Under the pieces are notes generated by a model. That model had not been told where the DNA came from. It was given only the letters and a program-made list of their open reading frames with translations, and made no database searches. The translations under genes and the position numbers were made by a program. Of a stretch of 51,728 nt of DNA, positions 32,272 to 41,823 are shown piece by piece; position 1 is the first letter of the stretch; each line of letters starts with the position of its first letter. The stretch covers positions 1 through 51,728 of the forward strand of contig SMYD01000008.1 of NCBI GenBank assembly GCA_004356015.1, in the 5' to 3' direction. The stretch comes from Acidobacteriota bacterium (lineage in GTDB: Bacteria > Acidobacteriota > Polarisedimenticolia > SMYD01).

Positions 32272-33318
32272 TCATGAAATCGCCGCGTTGAAGAGGCGGC
32301 CAAGGCCGTAGGTGGCGACTCCGGCGGCCAGTCCAATGAGCATCATACGCAGCGCACTGAACCAGAAAGCCCGTCCGGTGAACAGGCTCATGCAGCCACC
32401 CAGTACCAGGAGGGCCACGGCGGTGAGCAACAGGCTGGAGCCCAGGGCTCCCGGGCCGGCGCCAACCACGTAAGGTACCAGGGGGACCAGGGCGCCGCCG
32501 GCGAACGAGAAGAACGACGCCACGGCGGCGGCCACAGGTGAGGCCAGGGTATCGGGGTCCAGGCCAAGTTCTTCCCGGGCAAGGGTCTTCAGGCCCTGGA
32601 CCGGGTCTTCCACCAGGCGGCGGGAGAGGGTGCGGGCGGTTTCTTCATCCAGTCCCCGCGCCTGGTAGATCAGGGTCAACTCCCTGATCTCCTCCTCGGG
32701 CATGGCCTCCAGTTCCATTTTTTCCAATTCGATCTGATGCTCGAGCATTTCCCGCTGCGTGCGGACCGAGACATACTCACCGGCGGCCATGGAAAAGCCG
32801 CCCGCAAGCAACCCGGCGGCCCCGGCCATGAGGACCATGCGCGGCTCAGCTGTGGCCCCGGCCACCCCGAGAATGAGGGAGGCGTTGGATACGAGGCCGT
32901 CATTGGCTCCGAAGACGGCGGCCCGCAGGGAACCCCCGCCGCGGCTGTCCCGGTGCCAGGATTCATGGGTGCCGGCAGCCGGTGTGGCCGCCTCGGCGGC
33001 GACCAGGTCCGGGGAGTCCCGATAGATGGACAGGCCGCGCACCTTCATGGCGGCCAGCACGGGCAGTATCTGGCGGCCCCCCAGCCGGTACACCAGCCAG
33101 GACACCAGGCGGGCGCGCAGTCCGGGATGAAACGGCGGCGCCGCCACCTGGATGCCTGCAAGAGCCCGTTCCCACAGGTTGGCCTGGCGGTCGCTCTCAA
33201 CCCCCAGGTCGGCGAACAGTTTGCCCACCGTACCTTCTTCTGTGGCCGCCAGAGCGCGGTACAGGTATTCGGCTTCACGCTCGTCGTGAAGGCTGGACAC
33301 CAGCATCTCTTTCTTCAT
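32272..33318 (-). CDS. VIT1/CCC1 metal (Fe/Mn) transporter with ferritin/rubrerythrin-like N-terminal region
   Basis: LRAAVFGANDGLVSN, SMAAGEYVSV, REELG; N-terminal DE......Y..LA..E. Confidence 0.92.
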   Translation of the reverse strand: MKKEMLVSSLHDEREAEYLYRALAATEEGTVGKLFADLGVESDRQANLWERALAGIQVAAPPFHPGLRARLVSWLVYRLGGRQILPVLAAMKVRGLSIYRDSPDLVAAEAATPAAGTHESWHRDSRGGGSLRAAVFGANDGLVSNASLILGVAGATAEPRMVLMAGAAGLLAGGFSMAAGEYVSVRTQREMLEHQIELEKMELEAMPEEEIRELTLIYQARGLDEETARTLSRRLVEDPVQGLKTLAREELGLDPDTLASPVAAAVASFFSFAGGALVPLVPYVVGAGPGALGSSLLLTAVALLVLGGCMSLFTGRAFWFSALRMMLIGLAAGVATYGLGRLFNAAIS

Positions 33319-33932
33319 GACTCTTCCTCGTGGGAGGCCGGAGCCTCAGGCGAGGCGGAACCCTCCGCAGGATGCTGGAGAGCGGTCCGAGCCGAACGCA
33401 GTTCGTCGGCGGCCCGGCCCCAGAGAAAGCGGATGGCCGCCACGAGGAGAATGACGGCCCAGCCCACGGCGGCGCCGGGCGCGGTGGCCCTCCAGGGTGA
33501 CCACCATGGCCACGAATCGGACGCGCGCAGTGCCAGATGAAGCCCCAGGTGGAAGGCGACGAAGACAAGCACGGCGGACAGGGTCACCGTCGCCATGAGC
33601 GCGGCGAAGCTGGAAAACGGACGGGTCATGCGTCCCGAGGCGCGCCAGGCGAAGAAGAGCGCGAGCAGCGCCGGGGTCATGGCCAGAAAGCTCGTCTGCA
33701 GGTTTCCGGCATCTGCAGTGTGCCACAGGAGAGCGACCACGGCGGGAGCGCCGCGCACCCCTGGCACGAACGCGGCGCCCACGGTCACCAGCAGCAGCAA
33801 TCCGATGGCTTCCCAGCGCCGAAACAGGGGTCGAGCCACGCCGCGGCGGCGCCCCTGTCTGTAGCGCTCCACTTCCGGGGATGAAAACCGAAAGCCTGGC
33901 GTCCGGCTACCTGTATCGGGACTTGGCGCCAT
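33315..33932 (-). CDS. Hypothetical membrane protein (about 4 TM)
   Basis: Hydrophobic helices; ATGA overlap with the VIT1 gene; follows mdh. Confidence 0.65.
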   Translation of the reverse strand: MAPSPDTGSRTPGFRFSSPEVERYRQGRRRGVARPLFRRWEAIGLLLLVTVGAAFVPGVRGAPAVVALLWHTADAGNLQTSFLAMTPALLALFFAWRASGRMTRPFSSFAALMATVTLSAVLVFVAFHLGLHLALRASDSWPWWSPWRATAPGAAVGWAVILLVAAIRFLWGRAADELRSARTALQHPAEGSASPEAPASHEEES

Positions 33933-33957
33933 GAGGGGGCAACGGCCGCTGCCGCCG

Positions 33958-34899
33958 TCAGGCCGGCGTCAAACTCGAGACCAGTTCGCGGACATGCTGG
34001 ACCGACTTGTCGAACGCCGCCCGCTCCTCGTCATTGAGGTCGATGATATGGATGGTTTCCACGCCACCGGCTCCCAGAGTCACGGGCACGCCCACATACA
34101 GGCCCTGAACTCCATACTCACCTTCAAGATAGGCGGCGCAGGGTGTCACCCACTTGCGATCCAGCAGGATCGATTCAGCCATGCGCACGGCGCACGCGGC
34201 CGGCGAGTAGAAGGCGCTGCCGGTCTTGAGGAGCTTGACGATTTCACCGCCGGCGACCCGTGTGCGGTTGGCGATGGCCTCGATGCGCTCCGCCGTGAGC
34301 AGGCTCTGCAGCGGGATGCCGGCCACGGAGCAGAAGCGGGGCAGAGGCACCATGGTGTCACCATGTCCGCCCATGACTGAGGCACTGACGTTGTCCACGG
34401 AGACGCCCAGTTCTTCGGCGACAAAATGACGGAACCTGGAGGTGTCCAGGGCACCGGCCATGCCCACCACCCGTTGTTTGGGGAAGCCGGTGACCCTTTT
34501 GCAGAGGGTCACCATGGCGTCCAGCGGGTTGCTGATGACGATGATGAACGCGGCAGGGGCCACTTCTTTGATGTGGTTCGCCACATCGGTCATGATCCTG
34601 GAATTGGTGGCAATGAGATCGTCACGGCTCATGCCGGGCTTGCGGGCAATTCCCGCCGTCACGATGAAGAGATCCGCGTCACGGCAATCGTCCCAGCTAT
34701 TGGTGCCGGTGACGGTGCCGTCGAGGTGGGCGGTGGGGCGCATCTCCATGAGGTCGAGGGCTTTGCCCTGGGGCATGCCATCGACAACATCGAACAGGAT
34801 GACGTCTCCGAGATCTTTTTCGAGAATGATGTGAGCCATGGTGCCGCCAATGTTGCCGGCACCGATCAAGGCGATTTTTCTGCGCGCCGAGGTTGCCAT
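33958..34899 (-). CDS. mdh: Malate dehydrogenase (LDH-like type)
   Basis: GAGNIGG, ARKPGMSRDDL, NPLD, GGHGD, SAFYSPA. Confidence 0.97.
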   Translation of the reverse strand: MATSARRKIALIGAGNIGGTMAHIILEKDLGDVILFDVVDGMPQGKALDLMEMRPTAHLDGTVTGTNSWDDCRDADLFIVTAGIARKPGMSRDDLIATNSRIMTDVANHIKEVAPAAFIIVISNPLDAMVTLCKRVTGFPKQRVVGMAGALDTSRFRHFVAEELGVSVDNVSASVMGGHGDTMVPLPRFCSVAGIPLQSLLTAERIEAIANRTRVAGGEIVKLLKTGSAFYSPAACAVRMAESILLDRKWVTPCAAYLEGEYGVQGLYVGVPVTLGAGGVETIHIIDLNDEERAAFDKSVQHVRELVSSLTPA

Positions 34900-35033
34900 T
34901 TTCCTACCCTCCCAGGGTGTGGAAACGATGCTACCACACGCTTGCAGGGGCCGGAGAGGGGGTCGACGGGCATCTCTCGCCGTCACCGCGCCGGCAGATG
35001 GTGCGCTACCATGAAGCGCGGAAAGGGGCGTGC

Positions 35034-36398
35034 GTGATCACCAGAAGGAGCGACCGGAGAGGGACGTGCCTGACCATCAGCGGCGTTGTTTTTCTTCTCA
35101 CCATGGCGGCCTGTGCCGGCGCACCTGAGCCGCCGCCACGGTCACATCCCAACATTCTGCTCGTCTCTCTGGACACGCTGCGGGCCGACCATCTGGGCGC
35201 CTACGGGTATCCCCGGCCCACCAGCCCGTACCTGGACAGCCTGGCAGCCTCAGGCGTGCGCTTTGCCGACGTCATGACGCCGTCCACCACGACCCGACTG
35301 GCCCACCGGGCCATTCTCAAGGGGCTGCCGGCCGCCGCCGGCAGGGAACAGGGCGTTCCTCTGGCTGTCCGGTTGAGCGCCGCGGGCTACACCACCGCTG
35401 CTTTCGTGGATGGCGGTTTCATGCGCGCCCGCTTCGGCCACGCCAAGGGGTTTGACCTCTATGTGGATGATCTTGCCGAGGCGGCGCCCGCGGGCGCGCG
35501 GCCGGTGGCCGACCGCCTCGGTGGTGGCTTCGAGGTGATTCTTCCCCGGGCCCGGCAGTGGCTGGACGGTGCCGGTGATGCCCCGTGGTTTCTCTTTCTT
35601 CATACTTATGACATCCACTGCCCCTACCAACCACCCGGGGAGGATGCGCGGCCGTTCACCGGTGGTCGTGATGAGCCTCTGGATGTGGCGGGGCTCTGTG
35701 GCAAGGAAGACCTCACCGGCATGGACCTGACGGGGGATCAGCTTGCCTGGGTTCGCGATCTCTACGACGGCGGCATCCATCACACCGATCGGTTGCTGGG
35801 CGAATTCATGGGCGAGCTGGCCGCCAGGGGGATGCTTGAGAACACCATCGTGGCGGTGATTGCAGATCACGGTGAAAGCCTTGGCGAGGACGGTCTATTT
35901 GGCCACAACCTGTTACGCCGCGAGCAGATGTTTGTACCCTGGATCCTTGCAGGTCCCGGTGTGCCGGTGGGCCGGGTGGTGGACGGGCCGGTCCACCTGG
36001 AGGATCTGGTCCCGACCCTGATGGACTACGCCGGCGTGCCCGTGCAGGAGGAGACCGCGGGACAGAGCCTGCGGGCCGTGGTCGCCGGGAAGGAGACTCT
36101 CGCGGAGGACCGGCTGCGGGTCTGCGAGACCCGCGCCGCTCGCGCCCTGGTTCGTGGCCCCTGGAAGCTGATCATGGCCGGCGATGATGGCCGCGTTCTC
36201 CACTTCGGCCGGTTTGACGGGACACTGGCGCCCGAGGTGGATGAGCAGGAGAAAGAAAGCATTCGCGCCGACCTTCTGGATGGGTGGCAAGCTCTGGTGG
36301 AACGGCTTGATCTTCCCGCCACGGGGCTGGATGAGGCGGATATACCTGGCGCGGGTGCTGTCCGCCGGGAACTGCGCACACTGGGCTACGTGGACTGA
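35034..36398 (+). CDS. Sulfatase-like (alkaline-phosphatase superfamily) lipoprotein
   Basis: Lipobox-like MAAC, NILLVSLDTLRADHLG, HTYDIH.PY, ADHGE, C-terminal LRTLGYVD. Confidence 0.85.
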   Translation: MITRRSDRRGTCLTISGVVFLLTMAACAGAPEPPPRSHPNILLVSLDTLRADHLGAYGYPRPTSPYLDSLAASGVRFADVMTPSTTTRLAHRAILKGLPAAAGREQGVPLAVRLSAAGYTTAAFVDGGFMRARFGHAKGFDLYVDDLAEAAPAGARPVADRLGGGFEVILPRARQWLDGAGDAPWFLFLHTYDIHCPYQPPGEDARPFTGGRDEPLDVAGLCGKEDLTGMDLTGDQLAWVRDLYDGGIHHTDRLLGEFMGELAARGMLENTIVAVIADHGESLGEDGLFGHNLLRREQMFVPWILAGPGVPVGRVVDGPVHLEDLVPTLMDYAGVPVQEETAGQSLRAVVAGKETLAEDRLRVCETRAARALVRGPWKLIMAGDDGRVLHFGRFDGTLAPEVDEQEKESIRADLLDGWQALVERLDLPATGLDEADIPGAGAVRRELRTLGYVD

Positions 36399-37168
36399 GT
36401 CACCGGGCAGGGAGCCGGTGATTCGAACGGCCCGCCGCTCAGGTCGCAGGCTGAGACATCCAGCCGCATGGGGGTGACGCAGATGTCGCCGCTGAAGACC
36501 ACATCCACATCGCTGCCCCGGGGCCGGGGTCGATCCGTGTATCGGCCCCGATAGTGGAACACGCTGGTGCTGCCGTCATCTTCGCCCTGTTGGTAGCTCA
36601 CCCTGTGGGGTTCTGCCGCCAGGGGGGCCACCACGATGGCCGGAGTGTCGGCGTCAGCCAGCGGCTGAGGGAGATTCACGTTCCAGAAGAGCCCTGGCTT
36701 CGTCTCCCGGGCCATGATCTGGCCGATGACCTCCGCGGCCCATCTGCCGGACCGTTCCCAGTCGAGATCGGTGGCATCGCGGATGTACTGGGACAGGGCA
36801 ATGGCCGGACGCCCGAGGATGGCGGCCTCCCGGGCAGCACCCACCGTACCGCTGTAGTAGGCGTCGACACCCAGGTTGCCGCCGGCATTGATGCCCGAGA
36901 GGACCCAATCGCTCTCCTTGGCGTAATGGCAGAGCCCCAGGCGGGTGCAGTCGGCCGGTTTTCCATCCACGGCGTGGGCCGAACAGGCGCCCGGCAGGTC
37001 GTGGGGACTCACCTTGAGAGGGGTCCTGTCCGTCATGGCGTGGCTGGCGCCGCTCTGCACGCTCCGGGGCGCCACCACCACCACCTCGCCCAGGCCCGCC
37101 ACCGCGCGCAGCAGGGCGGCCAGCCCCGGCGCGCCAATCCCGTCGTCATTGGTGAGGAGAATCTTCAT
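36386..37168 (-). CDS. surE: 5'/3'-nucleotidase SurE
   Basis: ILLTNDDGIGAPG, G.PADC, SGIN.G.NLG, YSGTVGAA. Confidence 0.96.
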   Translation of the reverse strand: MKILLTNDDGIGAPGLAALLRAVAGLGEVVVVAPRSVQSGASHAMTDRTPLKVSPHDLPGACSAHAVDGKPADCTRLGLCHYAKESDWVLSGINAGGNLGVDAYYSGTVGAAREAAILGRPAIALSQYIRDATDLDWERSGRWAAEVIGQIMARETKPGLFWNVNLPQPLADADTPAIVVAPLAAEPHRVSYQQGEDDGSTSVFHYRGRYTDRPRPRGSDVDVVFSGDICVTPMRLDVSACDLSGGPFESPAPCPVTQST

Positions 37169-37467
37169 GGGCTTCAGATTCTAGCAAGATGCCGGCCGAG
37201 GCATGGAGCGGGGGAGGCCGGCCGCCAGGGCACATCCGGATGGATGAGGCCGACCCGACTTGACGGCTCCCCGGACCCTCTGGCAATCTTGTCAACGGGT
37301 GATCTTTCATGAGGGACCAGGTCCGAAAGTGCATCTGCCAACGCAAGGTTGACGGGATCTGTATATTTCAGCAGGTCGGGGTCACGCAACCCGTGCCCGT
37401 CATGGAATCGGGAAGCCGCTACCAGGATTGGTGCAGCTCCGGATTCGCAAAATAGCAGGAGGATTCA

Positions 37468-38997
37468 ATGCCGAAAGCCCGCGTCGTAGACCGTAAACCC
37501 ATGCAGGTGGAACTCGAGGCAGGGGAATACCACTGGTGTGCTTGCGGCAAGTCGAGTAACCAGCCTTTCTGCGATGGGTCGCACGCAGGAACCGGGGTCA
37601 CGCCGGTTTCCTTCAAAGTGAGCGAAAAATCCGAAAGCTGGATGTGTCTCTGCAAGCAGACCGGGAATGCTCCTTTCTGCGACGGAACGCACAAGGGGTT
37701 GCCCACAGATGCTGATGAACTGGATTATCCGCCAGAATCGCGAACCGGCATGCCCACGCCGGCCAGGACTGTTGAAGAACCGGCGGTTGAGCTGATCCAT
37801 GCTCTGGCCGTGGATGGGCTGGACAAGGTCGGGCATCACGGCGAGATGGGGGCCATGGGTGTCCCGCGCACGGAGCTTCCACTGTGGGATGACATTCAAA
37901 TTCTGACTGCTCAGCTTCATCGGCGGCCCTTGCTTGACGACACACCTGTTGCAACGGAGCTGGTCATCGGCCCCAACGCACAGAAGCCGCTGCGCCTTGA
38001 GATCCCCATCTTTGTCTCCGATATGAGCTTTGGCGCCCTTTCCGCGGAGGCCAAGACCGCCATGGCCCGTGGTGCTGAGCTGGCCGGAACCGGGATCTGT
38101 TCCGGTGAAGGTGGCATGCTGCCTGAAGAACAGGACGCCAACTCGCGTTACTTTTATGAGCTCGCTTCCGCGAAATTCGGGTATGAGGAGGCGCTCTTGA
38201 CCCGCGTGCAGGCGTTTCATTTCAAGGCGGGGCAAGCGGCGAAGACCGGCACTGGAGGCCACCTGCCGGCGGCGAAGGTCACCGAGAGAATCGCTGCTGT
38301 GCGCAATCTGCCGGTGGGCCAGTCAGCGATCTCACCATCTGCTTTCTGTGAGTTCGAGATACCGGCCGATTACAAAGTATTCGCCGATCGAGTCAGAGAA
38401 ATCACAGGTGGCATCCCCATTGGTTTCAAGATGTCCGCACAACACATCGAAAAGGACATGGACTTCGCGCTCGAGGCGGGTGCCGACTACATCATTCTCG
38501 ATGGTCGAGGAGGTGGTACGGGCGCAGCTCCACTGTTGTTTCGCAACAACATCTCCGTTCCGACCATACCGGCCCTCGCCCGGGCGCGGCGTCACCTTCG
38601 CAAGCTCAATCGTGAAGATGTGACGTTGATCATCACGGGTGGAATTCGCACGCCGTCTGACTTCATCAAGGCCATGTGCCTCGGTGCGGATGGCATCGCG
38701 GTGGCCAACAGTGCCATGCAGGCCATTGGCTGCATCGCAGCGCGCATCTGCAACACGAACAACTGTCCCGCCGGCATTGCAACCCAGAAGGAAGAGCTGA
38801 GGGCGAGACTTCAAGTCGACGTGGCGGCAGAGCGTCTTGCTCGTTTCCTGAGGGCATCGGTGGAGCTCATGCAGATCATGGCACGCGCTTGTGGGCATCG
38901 GACTCTCGGAGAGTTCAATGCAGACGACATCACATCCTGGAAGAAGCCCATGGCCGATCTTGCCGGTATCCAGTATGGCGGCGGAGCGGAAGCGTAA
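37468..38997 (+). CDS. FMN-binding glutamate-synthase-like protein with two N-terminal CDGSH [2Fe-2S] domains
   Basis: WCACGKS.NQPFCDGSH and CLCKQT.NAPFCDGTH; MSFGALS, SGEGG, DGRGGGTGAAP, C.....C....CP.GIATQ. Confidence 0.92.
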   Translation: MPKARVVDRKPMQVELEAGEYHWCACGKSSNQPFCDGSHAGTGVTPVSFKVSEKSESWMCLCKQTGNAPFCDGTHKGLPTDADELDYPPESRTGMPTPARTVEEPAVELIHALAVDGLDKVGHHGEMGAMGVPRTELPLWDDIQILTAQLHRRPLLDDTPVATELVIGPNAQKPLRLEIPIFVSDMSFGALSAEAKTAMARGAELAGTGICSGEGGMLPEEQDANSRYFYELASAKFGYEEALLTRVQAFHFKAGQAAKTGTGGHLPAAKVTERIAAVRNLPVGQSAISPSAFCEFEIPADYKVFADRVREITGGIPIGFKMSAQHIEKDMDFALEAGADYIILDGRGGGTGAAPLLFRNNISVPTIPALARARRHLRKLNREDVTLIITGGIRTPSDFIKAMCLGADGIAVANSAMQAIGCIAARICNTNNCPAGIATQKEELRARLQVDVAAERLARFLRASVELMQIMARACGHRTLGEFNADDITSWKKPMADLAGIQYGGGAEA

Positions 38998-39035
38998 CTA
39001 GTGTCGTCCCGCGTCGTAGAACAAGGCTCACGGAC

Positions 39036-40037
39036 ATGAATCCAGGGGCCATCCACCAGCGCACATGCGCCCTGCTGTTTCTGTGCATCGCACTCGGTGT
39101 GTACGCCACGGCGCTGGCGGTGGTACGTCGGCTGCCTCATCTGGAAAGTGCGGGCGCCCTGGCAGTTGGGTTGACCGTCGACATGGTTGTCATCGTTCCA
39201 CTGGCGTTTTACTTCCTGGTCGTGCGCCGGCGTGGCCTGTCCGCGGTGACGTTGGTCCCTGTCCTGGTAATCAGCGTGGTGGCGGCCTCCCGAGTTCTTC
39301 CCTCCGGCCACCAGCAGCCGTTGCGTGCCCTGGAAGCCTTGGTGGCCCTGGCGGAGGTCGTCTTGGTCGGGTGGATTTCGTGGCGGTCGGCCAGGGCATG
39401 GCGCAAGGCGCGAGGAGACGCAGCCGCGGATCCGCTGGAGAAATTCACGCGGGCGGCGTTTGATGTGACGCGAAACAGCCGGGTGGCGGGAGTGTTCGCC
39501 TCGGAAATCGCTGTCTTCTATTACTCGCTGGGGTCGTGGCGGTCTCGGCCTCACGTGCCGGTGGGCACATCCGCCTTCAGCCACCACCGGCGCAGCGGGC
39601 AAGCTGCCATGGTCTTCGCTTTCCTGCTCATCATGCTGGCGGAGGGGGCCGCAGTCCATTTCCTGCTTCTCATGTGGAGCACTTTGGCCGCATGGATCTT
39701 CACCGGCGGCACCATCTATGGCGCGCTATGGTTGTTCGCTGACTATCGTGCGACAGTATTGCGGCCCATCCTGGTCAGCAATGAGAGTGTCTTGATCCGG
39801 GCCGGGCTCCGCTGGACCATACGCATCCCTCAAGGACAGATTGCCGAGATTGGCTGCATCAAGCCAGAGGTAGGGAAAGAAATCCTCAATTGCACATTCC
39901 TGGGCACGCCCACGCTCTGGATCACGCTAGAAGAGCCGATGCTGGCCCAGGGGCCGTACGGCTTTCAGCGCCGCGTGCGGGCCATCGGGATGGCGCCCGA
40001 TGAGGCCGCAGATCTGGAGCGCATTCTTTCTACCTGA
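39036..40037 (+). CDS. Hypothetical polytopic membrane protein
   Basis: About 6-7 TM segments and a soluble C-terminal beta region; ATG 39036. Confidence 0.75.
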   Translation: MNPGAIHQRTCALLFLCIALGVYATALAVVRRLPHLESAGALAVGLTVDMVVIVPLAFYFLVVRRRGLSAVTLVPVLVISVVAASRVLPSGHQQPLRALEALVALAEVVLVGWISWRSARAWRKARGDAAADPLEKFTRAAFDVTRNSRVAGVFASEIAVFYYSLGSWRSRPHVPVGTSAFSHHRRSGQAAMVFAFLLIMLAEGAAVHFLLLMWSTLAAWIFTGGTIYGALWLFADYRATVLRPILVSNESVLIRAGLRWTIRIPQGQIAEIGCIKPEVGKEILNCTFLGTPTLWITLEEPMLAQGPYGFQRRVRAIGMAPDEAADLERILST

Positions 40038-40055
40038 AGGATTCAGGACGACGCC

Positions 40056-40988
40056 ATGAATATCCACATGGTCACCGGGGCATTCGGGTATTCCGGAAGG
40101 TACATCGCGGCACGACTCCTGAAAAGGGGTGTGGCCGTGCGCACGCTGACAAATTCCGTCGACCGGCAGAACCCGTTCGGGGGCAAGGTCCAAGCGGAGC
40201 CCTTCCATTTCGAGCACCACGGGAAGATGGTTGCTGCCCTCGCCGGAACCGAGGTCCTGTACAACACCTATTGGGTTCGCTTCAATCACGACGACTTCAC
40301 CTACAGGGCGGCGGTTGAGAACACGCTCAAGCTGTTTGCCGCGGCCAGGGAAGCCGGCGTTGGCCGGGTGGTTCATATCAGCATCACCAATCCATCGGAG
40401 GAGAGTGAACTCGAATATTTCCGCGGCAAGGCACGTTTGGAACGCCTCTTGAGCGAGTCCGGATTGTCGTACTCCATTCTCCGCCCCGCGGTTCTCTTCG
40501 GCAAAGAGGACATCCTGGTGAACAACATCGCCTGGGTTCTCAGAAGGCTGCCGGTCTTCGGCGTGTTCGGTGATGGCGAGTATCGGCTGCAGCCCATCTT
40601 CGTGGATGACCTGGCCGAATTGGCCGTGCGCGAGGGTGCCGCCAGGGGGAACCGGGTCATTGATGCCATCGGCCCGGAGACGTTCACCTTTCGTGCGCTG
40701 GTCAGAACCATTGGCGAGAGCATCGGGAAGCGGCGGCCCATCATCTCGGTGTCTCCCGGGTTCGGATACTTCGCGGCTTCCCTCATGGGCAAGATAGTGG
40801 GAGACGTATTTCTTACCCGGGAGGAAGTTTCCGGCCTCATGCAGAATCTTCTCTGCACCGACTCGGAGCCTGCCGGGGAAACGAAGCTGAGCGAGTGGGT
40901 GCGGAGCCATGCAGACGAGCTTGGTGTTCGCTATGCCAGTGAACTCGCGCGCCGCCGGAATCGAACGGAAGCCTACGAGAATCTCTGA
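40056..40988 (+). CDS. Atypical SDR / NDUFA9-like NAD(P)-binding protein
   Basis: VTGAFGYSG, Y...K, ILRP..LFG, QPIFVDDLA. Confidence 0.9.
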   Translation: MNIHMVTGAFGYSGRYIAARLLKRGVAVRTLTNSVDRQNPFGGKVQAEPFHFEHHGKMVAALAGTEVLYNTYWVRFNHDDFTYRAAVENTLKLFAAAREAGVGRVVHISITNPSEESELEYFRGKARLERLLSESGLSYSILRPAVLFGKEDILVNNIAWVLRRLPVFGVFGDGEYRLQPIFVDDLAELAVREGAARGNRVIDAIGPETFTFRALVRTIGESIGKRRPIISVSPGFGYFAASLMGKIVGDVFLTREEVSGLMQNLLCTDSEPAGETKLSEWVRSHADELGVRYASELARRRNRTEAYENL

Positions 40989-41009
40989 ACAAGAAAGGCA
41001 GCCTGGCCC

Positions 41010-41429
41010 ATGGAGTCATCTACCCTTTTCCTGCTGGCTGCGGATGCATTGCTCCTTCTGCACGTTCTTTTCGTCGTCTTTGTGGTGATGGGTCTTGCGC
41101 TTATTTTCGCCGGTCATGCTCGACGATGGTCCTGGGTCCGCAATGCCTGGTTCCGTGTCATCCATCTCCTGGCAATTGGCGTGGTCGTCGTTCAGTCCTG
41201 GTTCGGAGTGATATGTCCGCTGACGACCTTCGAGATGGCGTTGCGTTCACGGGCCGGTGGCCGCCAGTATCAGGAGTCTTTCATCGCGCACTGGCTGGAG
41301 ACGGTTCTGTACTATCAGGCGCCACCGTGGGCGTTCGCAGTTTGCTATACCGTGTTCGGGGCCATGGTCATGGGTAGCTGGTTCGGAGTGAGTCCGCGAC
41401 CGTTCACCAGAAGGCGCGAGGAGGATTAG
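41010..41429 (+). CDS. DUF2784-like membrane protein
   Basis: LAAD....H..FV.FVV.G, CPLT..E..LR, SFI.HW. Confidence 0.85.
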   Translation: MESSTLFLLAADALLLLHVLFVVFVVMGLALIFAGHARRWSWVRNAWFRVIHLLAIGVVVVQSWFGVICPLTTFEMALRSRAGGRQYQESFIAHWLETVLYYQAPPWAFAVCYTVFGAMVMGSWFGVSPRPFTRRREED

Positions 41430-41433
41430 CCGT

Positions 41434-41778
41434 TTGAACATTTTACGAGGTGTCGCGGCCATCGTGATCGGATACCTGGTCATTGCGTTTGTGAGCATGT
41501 CCCTCGGTGGAGTGGTCATGGCCAGGGGAGGCCTGGGGATTGTTGTCCTCGCGCTGGTGGCGCTGGCCATCAGCGGTGGTATGGTCGGCCTGATGACAAG
41601 ACTCATCTCCGGGCGGAATCCCCGGGCGTCCGGATTCACTCTGGCAGGGCTCGTCTCCATCGCCACCCTCGCCAATCTCGTGTTGGGGCTTGGGGCGGAA
41701 CCCGCATGGTTCAAGATCGGAACCCTTCTGGTTTCCGCGCCCGCCATCGTGTTTGTCTGCCTGCGGCAAGCGAAATAA
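41434..41778 (+). CDS. Small hypothetical membrane protein (about 4 TM)
   Basis: TTG start after GAGGAGG; very hydrophobic; PAWF motif near the C-terminus. Confidence 0.7.
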   Translation: MNILRGVAAIVIGYLVIAFVSMSLGGVVMARGGLGIVVLALVALAISGGMVGLMTRLISGRNPRASGFTLAGLVSIATLANLVLGLGAEPAWFKIGTLLVSAPAIVFVCLRQAK

Positions 41779-41823
41779 TGGATGACATGAACATGGCGCG
41801 GCCGCGCTGGTAGACTTCGGGTC

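Noticed and set aside
38676-39035. N-terminal extension of the 453-aa ORF
   Set aside because: Overlaps the glutamate-synthase-like gene out of frame; the hydrophobic protein begins at ATG 39036.
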